Origin: Nannocystales bacterium
Lineage (GTDB): Bacteria; Myxococcota_A; Polyangia; Nannocystales; Nannocystaceae
Direction: 5' to 3'
Length of the DNA: 64,000 nt
NCBI GenBank assembly: GCA_050633305.1
Contig: JBOEGF010000014.1
Coordinates: 1-64,000 of the forward strand
Shown here: positions 45,010 through 56,024 of the stretch, piece after piece
How positions within the stretch are numbered: the first letter of the stretch is position 1
Layout of the letters: each line of letters starts with the position of its first letter
The notes under the pieces: model-generated
What the model saw: only the letters and a program-made list of their open reading frames with translations
Databases searched by the model: none
What the model was told of the DNA's origin: nothing
Position numbers and translations under genes: made by a program

Positions 45010-45801
45010 TCAAGCGGGGATCCACTCGGCCAGAACAACACCGGCGCCGGCATCGACGACCTCGAGCTGTGTGAACTCATCGGTCTCGGAGTCGAAAACG
45101 ATGGTGAGCTCGAGGGCCTCGGGTTCCAGGGGTTCGCCAGCGAGGTCGACGTAGTCCTGCTCCAAGAAGGCGGCGGTCAGATTCTTGATGGTGAACTCGC
45201 TGCCCATCCGGGAGACTGGTGAGGAGTTGTCGTCCTGTAAGACTCCCTCGACGTTGCCGACCAACGCGCTGTCCGTGGTCTCCATCCTGATCTCGAGCCC
45301 AAGGTGAAGCCCTCCGAGGCAACCCGGGGTGAACGGGCAGGGCTCCCCCGTTTCATAGACGATGTCCTCGGGTTGGGGAATGAACTCGAAGGCGAGGACG
45401 GTCGCTGGCGTCCCAACCACACCGACCCAGGTGATCGGGACTTCGGTGGGGAACGCGGTCAGTCGCTCGGCGGGCGTTGACCCGCCCACGACCGTGTCCA
45501 AGTTCGGGTGCTCGGTCACGCAGCCGCACCGAGCTGGTCCCGTCGATGCGGAGCTTTCGCTCGCTGTACCGGTCTCGGACCCGGAGGTCCCGACCTTGTC
45601 TGTGGTTGAGTCCGGCTCGCCGGACGTGACGGTTGTGTCGTCGGCTGTGGACGTGGCGCTCGACGACGAGGAGGGGGTGGCTTGCCCCGAGGAAGGGTCG
45701 GCTTGCCCCGATGACGTTGTGGGTTGCCCGCCTGTGTTCGTGGCCACGGCGGACCCGCATGCTGTCACGAATGAGACGCTGATCAACATGCTGCGGATCA
45801 T
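45010..45801 (-). CDS. Lipoprotein with Ser/Thr linker
   Basis: MIRSMLISVSFVTAC; TACACT 8 nt upstream. Confidence 0.7.
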   Translation of the reverse strand: MIRSMLISVSFVTACGSAVATNTGGQPTTSSGQADPSSGQATPSSSSSATSTADDTTVTSGEPDSTTDKVGTSGSETGTASESSASTGPARCGCVTEHPNLDTVVGGSTPAERLTAFPTEVPITWVGVVGTPATVLAFEFIPQPEDIVYETGEPCPFTPGCLGGLHLGLEIRMETTDSALVGNVEGVLQDDNSSPVSRMGSEFTIKNLTAAFLEQDYVDLAGEPLEPEALELTIVFDSETDEFTQLEVVDAGAGVVLAEWIPA

Positions 45802-45883
45802 GGGCTCGGAGTGTACTGTGCGTTGAAGGCACCTTGGGGGTTCTGCCACTCGTCGCGGTCGATCCTGGTACGGTCCGCGCTTG

Positions 45884-48169
45884 ATGCGACGTGCCGCGCT
45901 GCTCTCCACAATGCTCCTGGGGGCCTGTCGTCCCGCTCCGAATCTGGAGCCGCCCAGGGAACCGCCCCCGCCGACCGACACGCCGATCGGAGCCGACGCC
46001 CGAGACGAAGGGCCGACGTCGGTGTCGACCTCGATGCCCTCCGACCGAGCGGCCGAGATCCGCGAGTCCGCATACGATCCTTCGGCCGACCCTCGCAACA
46101 CCGGTGGATGGGTGTTCTCCGACGACCGAGACCCCGCAGCGCGCGATGACGCGAAACGGAAGCCGTTTTCGATCGATGCGCTGTACCAGCTGAAGAGCGT
46201 GGGAAGCCCTGTCGCTTCGCCGGATGGACAGTCGATCTTGTTCACGGTCACGCGGCACAACCTCGCGAAGGGAAAGTCGAACACGGACATCCATGTGGTG
46301 CGTCGCGACGGGTCGGGCATGCGCCGGCTCACCCGAAACGCGGCAAGCGATGGGTCCCCGGCGTGGCTACCCGACGGGAAGTCGTTCGTATTCGTGTCGA
46401 GCCGGGAGGGCGGGGCTCAGCTGTGGCGTATGTCCGTGGACGGAGGCGAGCCCGAGCAGCTCACCCACCTCTCGACCGGTGTGGGTGGTCCGAAGGTCTC
46501 CCCCGATGGGTCGAGGGTCGCGTTCACCTCGAGCGTTTTTCCCGAACACGGGGCGGATGACGAAGCGAACGCCAAAGCGCTGGAGGCCCGGGAGGACAAC
46601 CAGATCAAGGCCCACGTAGCCGACGACCTCCTCTACCGGCACTGGACCTCCTACGACGACGGTCGCCGGACCCACATCCTGTCACTGGACCTTGCGACCG
46701 AGAAGGTCATCGACCTGACGCCCGGCGATTTTCACAGCCCGTCGTTTGGGGCCGGCGCTCATGGCTTTGCATGGTCGCCCGACAGTGCAGAGGTGTGTTT
46801 CGTCAGCAATCGCGACGTCCCGTCGAAGCGCAGCTGGTCAACCAACAAGGACCTGTTCGTCGTCTCGGCGAAAGGGGGCCGCGCAGCCAACATCACCGAC
46901 TCGAACGAGGCGTACGACGGTGACCCGGTCTACTCGCCGGACGGGCGCTACATTGCGTTTCGGCGACAGAACGAGCCTGGCTACGAGGCCGACCGTTTTC
47001 GGCTCGCGCTGTACGATCGCAAGAGCGGGGATGTCTCGGTGCTGACCGAGTCGTTTGACAACTGGGTGACCGGGATCGCGTGGGCGGATGCAGGCACGTC
47101 TGTGGTGTTCCAAGCGGCGCAGAAGGGCCGCACGCCACTGTTCCGCGTGGGGGTCGACGGCGGTGACATCAAGAAGCTCTCTTTGCCGGCTGTACGGGCA
47201 TGGGACGTCGCAGCAGATGGCAGCCTGGCGTTCACGTTCACCAGCATCGGGAAGCCGGTCGAGCTGTTTACGGCGGACAAAGACGGCGACGGAGCGCGAC
47301 GTCTGACCGGTCTCAACGACGCCGTCGCTCAGGAGTTCGACATTCGCCCACCGGAAGAAGTCTGGGTCGAAGGGAAGAACGGTCGCAAGATCCACATGTT
47401 TGTGGTCAAGCCTCACGGCTTCCGCAAGGGCAAGCGCTACCCGTTGATCCTCAACGTGCACGGCGGTCCTCAGTCGCAGTGGCAGGACTCTCTGCGTGGC
47501 GACTGGCAGGTCTACCCCGGCGCTGGCTACGTCGTCGCGTTTCCGAACCCGACCGGCTCAACCGGATACGGTCAAGCCACGACAGCGGGGATCTCGGAGG
47601 ATTGGGGAGGTAAGGTCTACGAGGACGTCATGGCAGCGGCCGACTTCTTGGAGAAGCAGCCCTATGTCGACCCCAAACGCATGGGTGCGATGGGCTGGTC
47701 GTACGGCGGCTACATGATGAACTGGTTGCTCGGCCACACCGACCGCTTCAAAGCGATTGCCTCGATGATGGGCATCTACGAGTTGGAGTCGTTCTACGGC
47801 GCCACCGAGGAACTGTGGTTCCCCGAGAAAGACTTTGGCGGCCCTTCGTGGAAAGGCGGCGAGAGCTACACCAAGTTCTCTCCGTCAGCGTTCGCAAAGA
47901 ACTTCAAGACCCCCACGTTGATCGTCACCGGGGAACTCGACTACCGGGTGCCATACACCCAGAGCTTGCAGCTGTTTACCGCGCTGCGACGACAGGACGT
48001 GCCCTCGCGGTTGGTGGTGTTCCCGAATGACGGGCACTGGCCCAGTCACGTGCGTTCGATGCCGCTGTACTACGCCTCGCACCTAGACTGGTTCCACCGG
48101 TACCTCGGCGGGAAGGCCAGCCCCTACGAGATCGAGGCGCTCGTCGAAGGCACCGCGTTCTCCGAATAG
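45884..48169 (+). CDS. S9 family peptidase (dipeptidyl/acylaminoacyl peptidase), lipoprotein
   Basis: LLGAC lipobox, PD40 propeller repeats, HGGP, GWSYGG, DYRVP, DGHW. Confidence 0.93.
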   Translation: MRRAALLSTMLLGACRPAPNLEPPREPPPPTDTPIGADARDEGPTSVSTSMPSDRAAEIRESAYDPSADPRNTGGWVFSDDRDPAARDDAKRKPFSIDALYQLKSVGSPVASPDGQSILFTVTRHNLAKGKSNTDIHVVRRDGSGMRRLTRNAASDGSPAWLPDGKSFVFVSSREGGAQLWRMSVDGGEPEQLTHLSTGVGGPKVSPDGSRVAFTSSVFPEHGADDEANAKALEAREDNQIKAHVADDLLYRHWTSYDDGRRTHILSLDLATEKVIDLTPGDFHSPSFGAGAHGFAWSPDSAEVCFVSNRDVPSKRSWSTNKDLFVVSAKGGRAANITDSNEAYDGDPVYSPDGRYIAFRRQNEPGYEADRFRLALYDRKSGDVSVLTESFDNWVTGIAWADAGTSVVFQAAQKGRTPLFRVGVDGGDIKKLSLPAVRAWDVAADGSLAFTFTSIGKPVELFTADKDGDGARRLTGLNDAVAQEFDIRPPEEVWVEGKNGRKIHMFVVKPHGFRKGKRYPLILNVHGGPQSQWQDSLRGDWQVYPGAGYVVAFPNPTGSTGYGQATTAGISEDWGGKVYEDVMAAADFLEKQPYVDPKRMGAMGWSYGGYMMNWLLGHTDRFKAIASMMGIYELESFYGATEELWFPEKDFGGPSWKGGESYTKFSPSAFAKNFKTPTLIVTGELDYRVPYTQSLQLFTALRRQDVPSRLVVFPNDGHWPSHVRSMPLYYASHLDWFHRYLGGKASPYEIEALVEGTAFSE

Positions 48170-48255
48170 GTCGCGCTGGACCGTGTTGACCGGGCCTCCG
48201 TCGCGATCCCCTTCGCGGATACGGCGGCGAGCTCTGTCCGCGATACACTCCGGGG

Positions 48256-49734
48256 GTGGTGCACTTGCCTGTCCTCGATTCCGCGCCTGCCGAGGCAGCG
48301 GAGCTCGTGGAGATCCAGCTGGGGCACATGTGCAACAACCGCTGCGTCTTCTGTAGCAGCGGTCAGGCCACAGAGATGGGTCAAGCCCTCCCGATGGAGC
48401 TGGCTCCGGTCCTGGGAGCGTTGGAGCGGGCGAAGAAGCAGCGCGCCCGCAAGGTGACGTTTCTCGGGGGGGAGCCGACCTTGCAGCGAGCCTTCCTACC
48501 GGCGCTACGGCGTGCGACGGACCTTGGCTTCGAGGAGATCGAGATCTTCACCAACGGGGTGAAGGCCGCGCGTCGAAGCTTCGTGGACGAGGTGGCTGCG
48601 ATCGGCCCGTTCTCGTGGAGGTTCTCGATCCAAGGGGGAAACCAGCAGGCGCACGACGAGGCGGTGGTGAAGCCGGGGGCGTTCGTTCGGATCTGTCGGG
48701 CGATGGACAACGTCCGAGCGCGCGGCCACCGCATCACGGCAAACGCCTGCATCAACGAGCTGAGCTATCGGTCGCTGCCCGACTACGTTGCGCTCGTGAA
48801 ACGACATGGCATCGAGCAGTTGCACATCGACGTGGTGCGACCGTCTTCGGCTGGGCAACGCACGGACGCGTACCTCGGTGAGGTGATGCCACGCCATGTC
48901 GACATGGCGCCGTACTTCGATGAGATGCTCAGCGCCTTCGAGGCATGGGACCCGTCGTTTGACGTGAACGTGGGCAACTTCCCGTACTGTCTGCTGCCCA
49001 AGTGGTCCCACCGGATTCACCACGGCGGCATGGAGACGCTCACCCTCGCGGCCGATCTGGAGAACGACCTCACCGAGAAGGACAAGTACGAGGCGCAGCA
49101 CAGCGACAAGCTGCACGGGCCGCGCTGCCGCGCCTGCGCGTTTGAGAACCGGTGCTCAGGGGTGTTTGATGCATACGCTCGCATCCATGGGACGCAGGAG
49201 CTTCGACCCGTCACGGCCGCGGCCTGGGCTGCGCTCGAGCCCGTGGGTGAACGCTCGGCCTTGGTGGATGCGGCGCGTTCTGTTGCGAGCGTGCTGGGGG
49301 TCGGGGCGGAGGCCTTGCGGGTTGTGGATCCGGGGCTCCGCTTCCACGCCCGTGGGGTGGATGTGACGCTTGCACCTCGCGGACGAGCAGGACTTGCGGT
49401 CGGTCGGACCGCTGGGGTGGACATGGTCATCGACGCCGCGGGGGCGCTGAGCCAAGCCGAGGCCGAAACCTGGGTCGACGAGGCGCGAGTGGTGGTGCCG
49501 TTGGAGGTCGCGCCTCGGGCTGTGTGGATCGCCGCGTTGATGGGTGCCGAGCACGTCGCACGGGGCAGAGCTGCAATCGCGAAGCTGGCAGGCCGAGCTC
49601 GAGCGGGCAGCCGAACCGAGCCAAACTCGACCTGGCCGGGGGTGCGGATGGTCGGCCAGGACGGCGGGCCCATGAGCCTGTTGATCGCGTGGCCGGGCGC
49701 CTCAGCGCTGCTTGTGCGCGACACGGAAGCGTGA
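48256..49734 (+). CDS. Radical SAM protein, HxsC-like, with C-terminal Cys cluster
   Basis: CNNRCVFC, GGEPT, FPYC, CRAC...RCSG. Confidence 0.85.
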   Translation: MVHLPVLDSAPAEAAELVEIQLGHMCNNRCVFCSSGQATEMGQALPMELAPVLGALERAKKQRARKVTFLGGEPTLQRAFLPALRRATDLGFEEIEIFTNGVKAARRSFVDEVAAIGPFSWRFSIQGGNQQAHDEAVVKPGAFVRICRAMDNVRARGHRITANACINELSYRSLPDYVALVKRHGIEQLHIDVVRPSSAGQRTDAYLGEVMPRHVDMAPYFDEMLSAFEAWDPSFDVNVGNFPYCLLPKWSHRIHHGGMETLTLAADLENDLTEKDKYEAQHSDKLHGPRCRACAFENRCSGVFDAYARIHGTQELRPVTAAAWAALEPVGERSALVDAARSVASVLGVGAEALRVVDPGLRFHARGVDVTLAPRGRAGLAVGRTAGVDMVIDAAGALSQAEAETWVDEARVVVPLEVAPRAVWIAALMGAEHVARGRAAIAKLAGRARAGSRTEPNSTWPGVRMVGQDGGPMSLLIAWPGASALLVRDTEA

Positions 49735-49857
49735 GCCCGAAAATCGTGCGGCAGTGTTCCGCGGTGCGACGCAACAAGATCGGCCGGCCACAAGGTGGAA
49801 GCCGCATACATCGACATGTCGGCCCACACGGGGCAGTGAGGCCCCCAGGGACGCCCG

Positions 49858-50538
49858 CTAGAGCTCGACCCGACGAAACAGCAACGTGGCACCGACCATC
49901 ATGCCCATCGCGACGACGACGGTGCCCGCCATGAACGGCCAGAAGTATTCCTCGAGCCCGAAGTAGTTGGGGATCATGGGGATGACTGCGAGGTTCTGAC
50001 CCGCGTAGAGGACCACGATGACGGCCACCAACGTTGATGTGGTGATCGATCCGACGAACACGCCAATGGCGGTGGAGATCGCGATCACACCCGCGGTCGA
50101 GACTAGGGAGCGGGCAAGCTCGCTCCAGGCCTCGGCAGGCAGCGGCGTCCCTCGAACGAGATCGACTGCGACCCCAGTGCCCAGGGCGATCAGGCACGCC
50201 AGCGTGACGCACGTGAAGACCGCGATGTACTTGGCCCACAGGATCGCGTCGCGGGGGAGCGGGCGGATGACGAGAAGCTGGTAGACACCGCTCTTGCGCT
50301 CACTGCCGATGTCGACTGCGACCATGATCGCAGACACCGTGCCCGCGAGGCTCGACACCAGAAGCGCCGCGAGGGCGGCCATCGAGCGCTGCGAGTCGGC
50401 GGGCTCCTTGTTCAGAAGAATCGGCAGCACGAAGATGAGCAGCGCCAGGATCGGCAGGCCAATCCACAGGATGAGCATGACCTTGGACTTGGCGAATCCA
50501 AGCAGCTCGTCTCGGGTCAGTAGCTTCAGGTTACGCAT
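49858..50538 (-). CDS. ABC-2 type transporter permease
   Basis: Six TM segments; ERKSGVYQLLVIRPLPRDAILWAK. Confidence 0.88.
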   Translation of the reverse strand: MRNLKLLTRDELLGFAKSKVMLILWIGLPILALLIFVLPILLNKEPADSQRSMAALAALLVSSLAGTVSAIMVAVDIGSERKSGVYQLLVIRPLPRDAILWAKYIAVFTCVTLACLIALGTGVAVDLVRGTPLPAEAWSELARSLVSTAGVIAISTAIGVFVGSITTSTLVAVIVVLYAGQNLAVIPMIPNYFGLEEYFWPFMAGTVVVAMGMMVGATLLFRRVEL

Positions 50539-51490
50539 GTCCGTGACCCTCCCCGTGGGCGTCAACGTAGCGGACGTAGAGTTCGTCCAGGTCGGGGTCG
50601 AACGGGCCGATGCTTCGGATTCGACCTCCCGCAGCGAGGGCCCCCTCGACGATGTGGTGCACCGCCGCGTCGAGGCCTTGGCCCTCTCGCAGCCGTACTC
50701 GCCAGGCTTTTCCAGTTCGCTCGCGTCCCACGAAGAGCTCCGGCGTGTCGAGAAATGCGTCGTCGTCCGGAGGCTCGGAGAACTCGACCGCAACAATCAT
50801 GGGCGCACCGAACTGTCGCTTGAGCTCGTCGAGCGTGCCGGTGGCCACCATGGAGCCCTGACGCACGACTCCAATACGGTCCGCGACGTCTTCGACATCG
50901 CTGAGAATGTGTGATGAGAAGATCACCGTGGTCCCCTCAGCCCGAACCTCGCGAATCACGTCCTTCACCACGTTGCGGCTGGCGGGATCGAGCCCCGAGA
51001 GCGGCTCGTCCAACACGAGGAGCTTGGGTCGATGCAGCATTGCCTGGACGAACCCCAGTTTTTGCTGCATCCCGCCGGAGAGCTGCTTGACCTTCTTGTG
51101 ACGCGAGTCGTTGAGTGAGAACCGCGTCAGTAGCCGGTCAAGTTCTGGGGCGATCGCCTCTCGCGTCATCCCGCTGAGCTCTCCGAGCGCGAACAATGCA
51201 CCCTCGGCGGTCCGCCAGGCGTGAAAACCAACCGCCTGTGGAAGGAAGCCGATCAGGTGGTGGGACTCGTCGCGCTGCGCCCCAACCTCGTGTCCTGCAA
51301 TGCGGAGCGTTCCCGTGAAGTCTCTGATGAGCCCGACGAGGACTCGGAGGGTTGTTGTCTTCCCTGCTCCGTTGGGGCCGATGTAGCCGAAAACCTCGCC
51401 GGGTTGCAGGGCAAACGTGATGTCGCTCAGCGCATGGACGGGCCCAAACCTCTTCCCGACGCCCTCGAACTCGACCAACGCTTCGCTCAT
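50531..51490 (-). CDS. ABC transporter ATP-binding protein
   Basis: GPNGAGKT, LSGGM, LVLDEP, SSH. Confidence 0.95.
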   Translation of the reverse strand: MSEALVEFEGVGKRFGPVHALSDITFALQPGEVFGYIGPNGAGKTTTLRVLVGLIRDFTGTLRIAGHEVGAQRDESHHLIGFLPQAVGFHAWRTAEGALFALGELSGMTREAIAPELDRLLTRFSLNDSRHKKVKQLSGGMQQKLGFVQAMLHRPKLLVLDEPLSGLDPASRNVVKDVIREVRAEGTTVIFSSHILSDVEDVADRIGVVRQGSMVATGTLDELKRQFGAPMIVAVEFSEPPDDDAFLDTPELFVGRERTGKAWRVRLREGQGLDAAVHHIVEGALAAGGRIRSIGPFDPDLDELYVRYVDAHGEGHGHA

Positions 51491-51597
51491 CGCGGTCCCC
51501 GAATACCACGGCCTACGACACGCGCTCATGAGTCTTCTGCGGATGCACGCACCCGCGGTAAGGCTGGGCCCGCTCGGAAGGCGCTACGGTCGGCAGC

Positions 51598-52647
51598 ATG
51601 CGCTACGCCACTATTGGACTCTCCGCCGTATGGACCGCTGTCGCAGTTTTGGGCGGATGCGGAGCCGATGAATCGACGGAGCCTGGCATCGAGGCCACCG
51701 CCACTTCGACCTCCGGAGGCGCCGAGACCTTGACTAGCACGTCGAGCGGTCAGGGCACGAGGGCGAGTACGGGTGAAGCGGGTCCGGCTTCGACCTCCGG
51801 CGAGGAGACCACGGTGGCCGAGACCATGGGTGCAGAGACGGGTGAGGTTGTTGTGGGCTATTCGCCGTGCTTGGCCGCTGGGTTTGACCAGGGGACGGAT
51901 CAAAGTGCGGCTGTCGGCCCCGGAGCCTTTCCGCAGGAGAACTCGGAGGTCTTCTCCAGGACGATCCACGACCACGCCCGAGCCTTCGACGGGACAGGGT
52001 CTGCGCAACTCGGGGTGGCCGAAGGCGCACAGGGATTTGGGCAGTTCGGCGGCATCCTCTACGTCGGCCAGGCGTGCGCGCCGACCGGGCGACTCGAGGC
52101 AGGAAGCGAGGTTTGGATCCGAGGACGCTATTTCGTTCCCTCCGACTGGGAATGGCTGGAGCCGGGCCACTCGAACAAGTTTTTGCGCCTACGGACCTTC
52201 ACCGCGAAGGGACCCTCGGCGGGCTACGACGACCTCTACGTCCAGCCCCACCCCGGGGATAATCTCGGCTTCCGGTTCATCTACGAGGGTGTTCAACAGT
52301 GGCGCGACATTCCGACTCCGGCCCCGTTCGCGGTCGATGAGTGGACCACGATCGAGTACTACGTCGCGTTCGACCACGTTACGGCGGCGGACGGTGGACA
52401 GGCCCGGGTTCGGGTGTGGCGCGACGGAGCGCTGCTGGCGGATATCGATGACCGGGCCACGCTGACCGAGGGCGGGTACGCGGACGACTTCCTGCTGTTC
52501 ACCTACTTTGGCAACGACGGGGCGCCCAAGGACCAACACTTGTGGGTCGACGACCTGGTCATCGCGACCGACCAAGACCCGCCCACGGCGGTCGACGCCG
52601 CGGGCAATGCGATGGTCGGTGCGGAGATCGTCGCCGCCGACTTCTAG
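51598..52647 (+). CDS. Lipoprotein with polysaccharide lyase/ConA-like domain
   Basis: LGGC lipobox; KFLR, WTTIEYYV, RVWRDG, LWVDDLVIA. Confidence 0.7.
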   Translation: MRYATIGLSAVWTAVAVLGGCGADESTEPGIEATATSTSGGAETLTSTSSGQGTRASTGEAGPASTSGEETTVAETMGAETGEVVVGYSPCLAAGFDQGTDQSAAVGPGAFPQENSEVFSRTIHDHARAFDGTGSAQLGVAEGAQGFGQFGGILYVGQACAPTGRLEAGSEVWIRGRYFVPSDWEWLEPGHSNKFLRLRTFTAKGPSAGYDDLYVQPHPGDNLGFRFIYEGVQQWRDIPTPAPFAVDEWTTIEYYVAFDHVTAADGGQARVRVWRDGALLADIDDRATLTEGGYADDFLLFTYFGNDGAPKDQHLWVDDLVIATDQDPPTAVDAAGNAMVGAEIVAADF

Positions 52648-52672
52648 CACGGTCGGTTGCCGCTCGGCTCGC

Positions 52673-54109
52673 TCAAGCGTCTTCAAACAACGCGTCGAGC
52701 GTGCCCTCGATCTCTCCGAGATTCTCGTTCACACCCACCGCTCGCATGGCGGTGTTCATCACCATGGCCGGGTGCAGGTCCTGTCCGCTGAGGTCGAGGT
52801 GCTGTCCGGGGACCAGCCCGCCGGAGCGTCCGGCCAGCATCATCACGGCATTGTCGACCGAGTGGTTGGAGTCGCCGCCGCCATCGCCCGACCGCATCGG
52901 GTCGGCGGACAGGCCTTTGCCTCCCTCCATCATGTACATCGCGGCGACGTTGTCGAGCATGGTCCCTGCGCCCTCGGGGATCTCCGCGAAGCTCGCGAGC
53001 ACGCGGGCATAGACATCCACGAACCAGCGGTTGGCAGCGTCGAGCTCGGCCTGTGGGGAAGCGTGCTGCACCTCGCCGTGCAGTCCTCCCACGTGGTTCC
53101 ATTGCTCGTGGCGCATCCCGGTACCGGTGAGTGCCGAGGCCCCACCGAGGGTCATCACCCGGGTCATGTCGCACGCGAAGGCCATCTGAATGAGGTCGAC
53201 GAAGAGCGCTGCACGAGCGTCTTGGTCGGGGAGGTCTTGTCCGAGGTCGGCTGGGTCGTCGGCGGGAAGCATCGGGTCTGCACAGCCCTCGCCCGTGGGC
53301 ACCGTATCCGCGAGGAGCCGCATCTCGAGCTCCCGTACCCGGGTGAGGTGCTGGTCCATCAGCTGCCGATCGGCGGCGCCCAGCTCGTTTTGGAGCATGG
53401 AGATCTGGTCTCCTGCGTAGGATAGGCTGCTGACCCGCAACCGTCGTTCCAGCTCGGCGGTGGGGTCGGGTTCGGCGTCCGGCGGCTGGAAGTTGGTGAA
53501 CAGGCTGAGGTACGCGAGCGCGGGCGAGACTTGCGGTGTGATGCCTCGGAAGACGATCGGGTCCTCGCCCTCGAATCCCTTCGTCTCCTCGTAGCAGAGC
53601 TTGTGCCCCTCCGGCTGGGAGTCGAGCTGATAGTAGAGATACGGGTGCACGGTTTGCCGGCCGATCGCAGCGGCGACGAGCTGGTCCGGGGACAAGCCCT
53701 GAGGGCGCCACGTGGTCCCCGAGAAGCCCGAGCGCAGACCCGTCAACAGCGCGAATGTGGCCTGCCCGTGATAGTCGACATTGTAGCCGCCGGGTACGTC
53801 CAATGGCGCCACGAACAAGCCCGAGATGACGCTGACCTCGTCCTTGATCCCGTGGTCCAGCAACGGTTGCAGCACGGGGCGGACGTCGTAGTCGAACCCC
53901 GGTTGGGTCGGCGTGAGTCCTTCCTCGGTCGAGCCGCTGACCACCAGCGCGGTGGGTGACTGACTGAGGAAGTAGCGACACGGGAGCTCGCCACCGTCGG
54001 CGAGCGCCTCCCCGTGGGAGTCGAGCATCAGCTCGAGCATCGGGAGGCCGAGCACGGTGCCGGCGGCTCCCCGCAAGAAGCGTCGACGACTGGATTTCGT
54101 GCGGCTCAT
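52673..54109 (-). CDS. DUF1552 family protein (Tat-like signal)
   Basis: SRRRFLRGAAG..LGLPMLE; MDQHLTRVRELE; AFACDMTRV. Confidence 0.85.
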   Translation of the reverse strand: MSRTKSSRRRFLRGAAGTVLGLPMLELMLDSHGEALADGGELPCRYFLSQSPTALVVSGSTEEGLTPTQPGFDYDVRPVLQPLLDHGIKDEVSVISGLFVAPLDVPGGYNVDYHGQATFALLTGLRSGFSGTTWRPQGLSPDQLVAAAIGRQTVHPYLYYQLDSQPEGHKLCYEETKGFEGEDPIVFRGITPQVSPALAYLSLFTNFQPPDAEPDPTAELERRLRVSSLSYAGDQISMLQNELGAADRQLMDQHLTRVRELEMRLLADTVPTGEGCADPMLPADDPADLGQDLPDQDARAALFVDLIQMAFACDMTRVMTLGGASALTGTGMRHEQWNHVGGLHGEVQHASPQAELDAANRWFVDVYARVLASFAEIPEGAGTMLDNVAAMYMMEGGKGLSADPMRSGDGGGDSNHSVDNAVMMLAGRSGGLVPGQHLDLSGQDLHPAMVMNTAMRAVGVNENLGEIEGTLDALFEDA

Positions 54110-55815
54110 CAGAGTGCCTCCTTGCGATAGCGGAACGCGGGATCTGTGACCGCCGCAACCATCAGGGCGCGGAAGTCCTGTTCATCGGATTCGAATGCCT
54201 CGACCAGTCGCTCGACCACGTCGTCTCGATCGCTCGAACTGCGGGTCGCGAACCGGCTGAGTTGGCGGACGCCGCACTGGGCGGCGAGCCCCGCCTCGTC
54301 CAACGCGCTCGCAAACTCTCGGGGGCCGGAGAAGGGCTGTCCCGCCACCGTTCCTTGAGCGGCGATGTTGCACTGCGGCTTGTCTGGCTCGGACTCCCGA
54401 TACTGGCCTAGCCCGTTGTAGCGTTCGAAGCCGAAGCCCAGCGGGTCGAGCTGTACGTGGCATCCGTTGCAGGAGCTGCCAGCGTTGCTATGCACCGCGT
54501 ACGCGTCGATCTTGCACTCGTCGTCCCCGACCTCGACGCCATCATCGACATCGACGTCGGGCGGAGGGGGCGGGATCGAGATGCACAGGATCCTCTGCGC
54601 GAGCATTGAGCCGCGCCGACTGGGGAGGGTCTTGGAGCCTTGCGTCGAACTCAGCGACAGGAAGCTCCCGTGCGAGAGCAAGCCCGCCCGGCCGTCGTCT
54701 CCATAGGTCACCCAGCCCGCTTCGGAGGGGACCTCGTCCAACCCATAGTGTTCCGCGAGTGAGGGGGTTACGAACGTCTCGGAGGAGGTGAGCAGGGTCG
54801 ACCACCGGGTGCCCGAACCGGAGAGCACCCTGTCGACGAGAGCATCGCTCTCCATTCGCATGTCGGTCGCCAATGCTTCATCGGTGACCAACAGCTCGTC
54901 ATAGCGCAGCCACAACGCGTGGAATGCCCGCATCTGTTCCTCGGCGCGAGGATCATCGATCGCCGCAAGCGCGAGTTCCTCGAGTGCGTCGTCGTCGATA
55001 TCGGGGCCCCCGGCGCGCTCCAGCATCTCGACGCTGGGACCTTGGCCCCACAGGAGAAACGACATCCGGCTGACGAGTTCGTAGTTGTCCAGGAATCGAA
55101 GGCCGTCCCCGGCATCCACACCCAACTCGTGGTGGTAGGCGAAGTACGGGCTCTGCAGCAGACCCTGTGTCACCATCCGGACCGCGAACTCGTGCCCGCC
55201 TTCTTCGCCGAACTCGGTCGCGGTGGCGAGCAGGACATCGACCTCTTCGGCCGTCAGTGGCCGCCGCCAAAGTCGTAGCCCCAGCCCGTCGATCAAGTTG
55301 CGCAGGCAGTCGGGGTCCCATGCTCCCTGCGGGGTGCAGCCTGCCATCGTCTCGACGCGGGTTGTGTCCGCCGCGAACTCCCTCGCGACATCGCCGGCCA
55401 TCGACTCCAGACCCTCGACGAACACCACACTTGGGTCCTTGGAAGCTGCGTGGGTGTCGTAGGCCTCAATCTCAGCGCCCGTGAGGGGGTCGACGACGGT
55501 CCGTGGGTCCTCGGGTAGGAAGCGCTCTGCTGCGCCTTCGATCCCGAAGAGGTCCTCCAAAGTCGCGTCGATCTCGCGTCGGGAGAGTCGCGGAAGCGCG
55601 GTCGTCTCCGGGATATCCAGCGCCTCGTCGGGGGTCTCGGGAATGCCACCGCTGTCGTCCGAGCCACTGTCAGACTGGCCGTCGCTCGTGCCTTCGCCGG
55701 AATCGGTCTCACCGCTGCCTGAGGCCTCAGTCGCGCCGCTGTAGCAGCCCCCACCCAGGGCTAGCAGGGTCGCGAGCGCCGTTTTCGCCCCTCTTGTCCT
55801 CGATCGAACCCCCAT
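54109..55815 (-). CDS. DUF1592/DUF1588 (PSD-domain) protein
   Basis: RLSRREI..TL.DL, LWRRPLT.EE, YELVSRMSFLLW, RAGLL, CNGCH..LDPLGFGFERY. Confidence 0.88.
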   Translation of the reverse strand: MGVRSRTRGAKTALATLLALGGGCYSGATEASGSGETDSGEGTSDGQSDSGSDDSGGIPETPDEALDIPETTALPRLSRREIDATLEDLFGIEGAAERFLPEDPRTVVDPLTGAEIEAYDTHAASKDPSVVFVEGLESMAGDVAREFAADTTRVETMAGCTPQGAWDPDCLRNLIDGLGLRLWRRPLTAEEVDVLLATATEFGEEGGHEFAVRMVTQGLLQSPYFAYHHELGVDAGDGLRFLDNYELVSRMSFLLWGQGPSVEMLERAGGPDIDDDALEELALAAIDDPRAEEQMRAFHALWLRYDELLVTDEALATDMRMESDALVDRVLSGSGTRWSTLLTSSETFVTPSLAEHYGLDEVPSEAGWVTYGDDGRAGLLSHGSFLSLSSTQGSKTLPSRRGSMLAQRILCISIPPPPPDVDVDDGVEVGDDECKIDAYAVHSNAGSSCNGCHVQLDPLGFGFERYNGLGQYRESEPDKPQCNIAAQGTVAGQPFSGPREFASALDEAGLAAQCGVRQLSRFATRSSSDRDDVVERLVEAFESDEQDFRALMVAAVTDPAFRYRKEAL

Positions 55816-56024
55816 TCAGGAACTCTAGACTGGGCGGTGGGCTTGCGGTTCACCACTTTCTTCGATTTCGAAACGCACCGCCATTTGCGTGGCGACGATG
55901 GTCGATCCTGAACGGCGTCGTGGGAGGGAATTGTGCGTGCCCCACCTACGCGCGACGCGTTCGTGCCCCGTATCGTGCCGTCGATGTTGGGGGAGCTGTT
56001 GTCTCCGTCTGGTAGCGTGGATCG

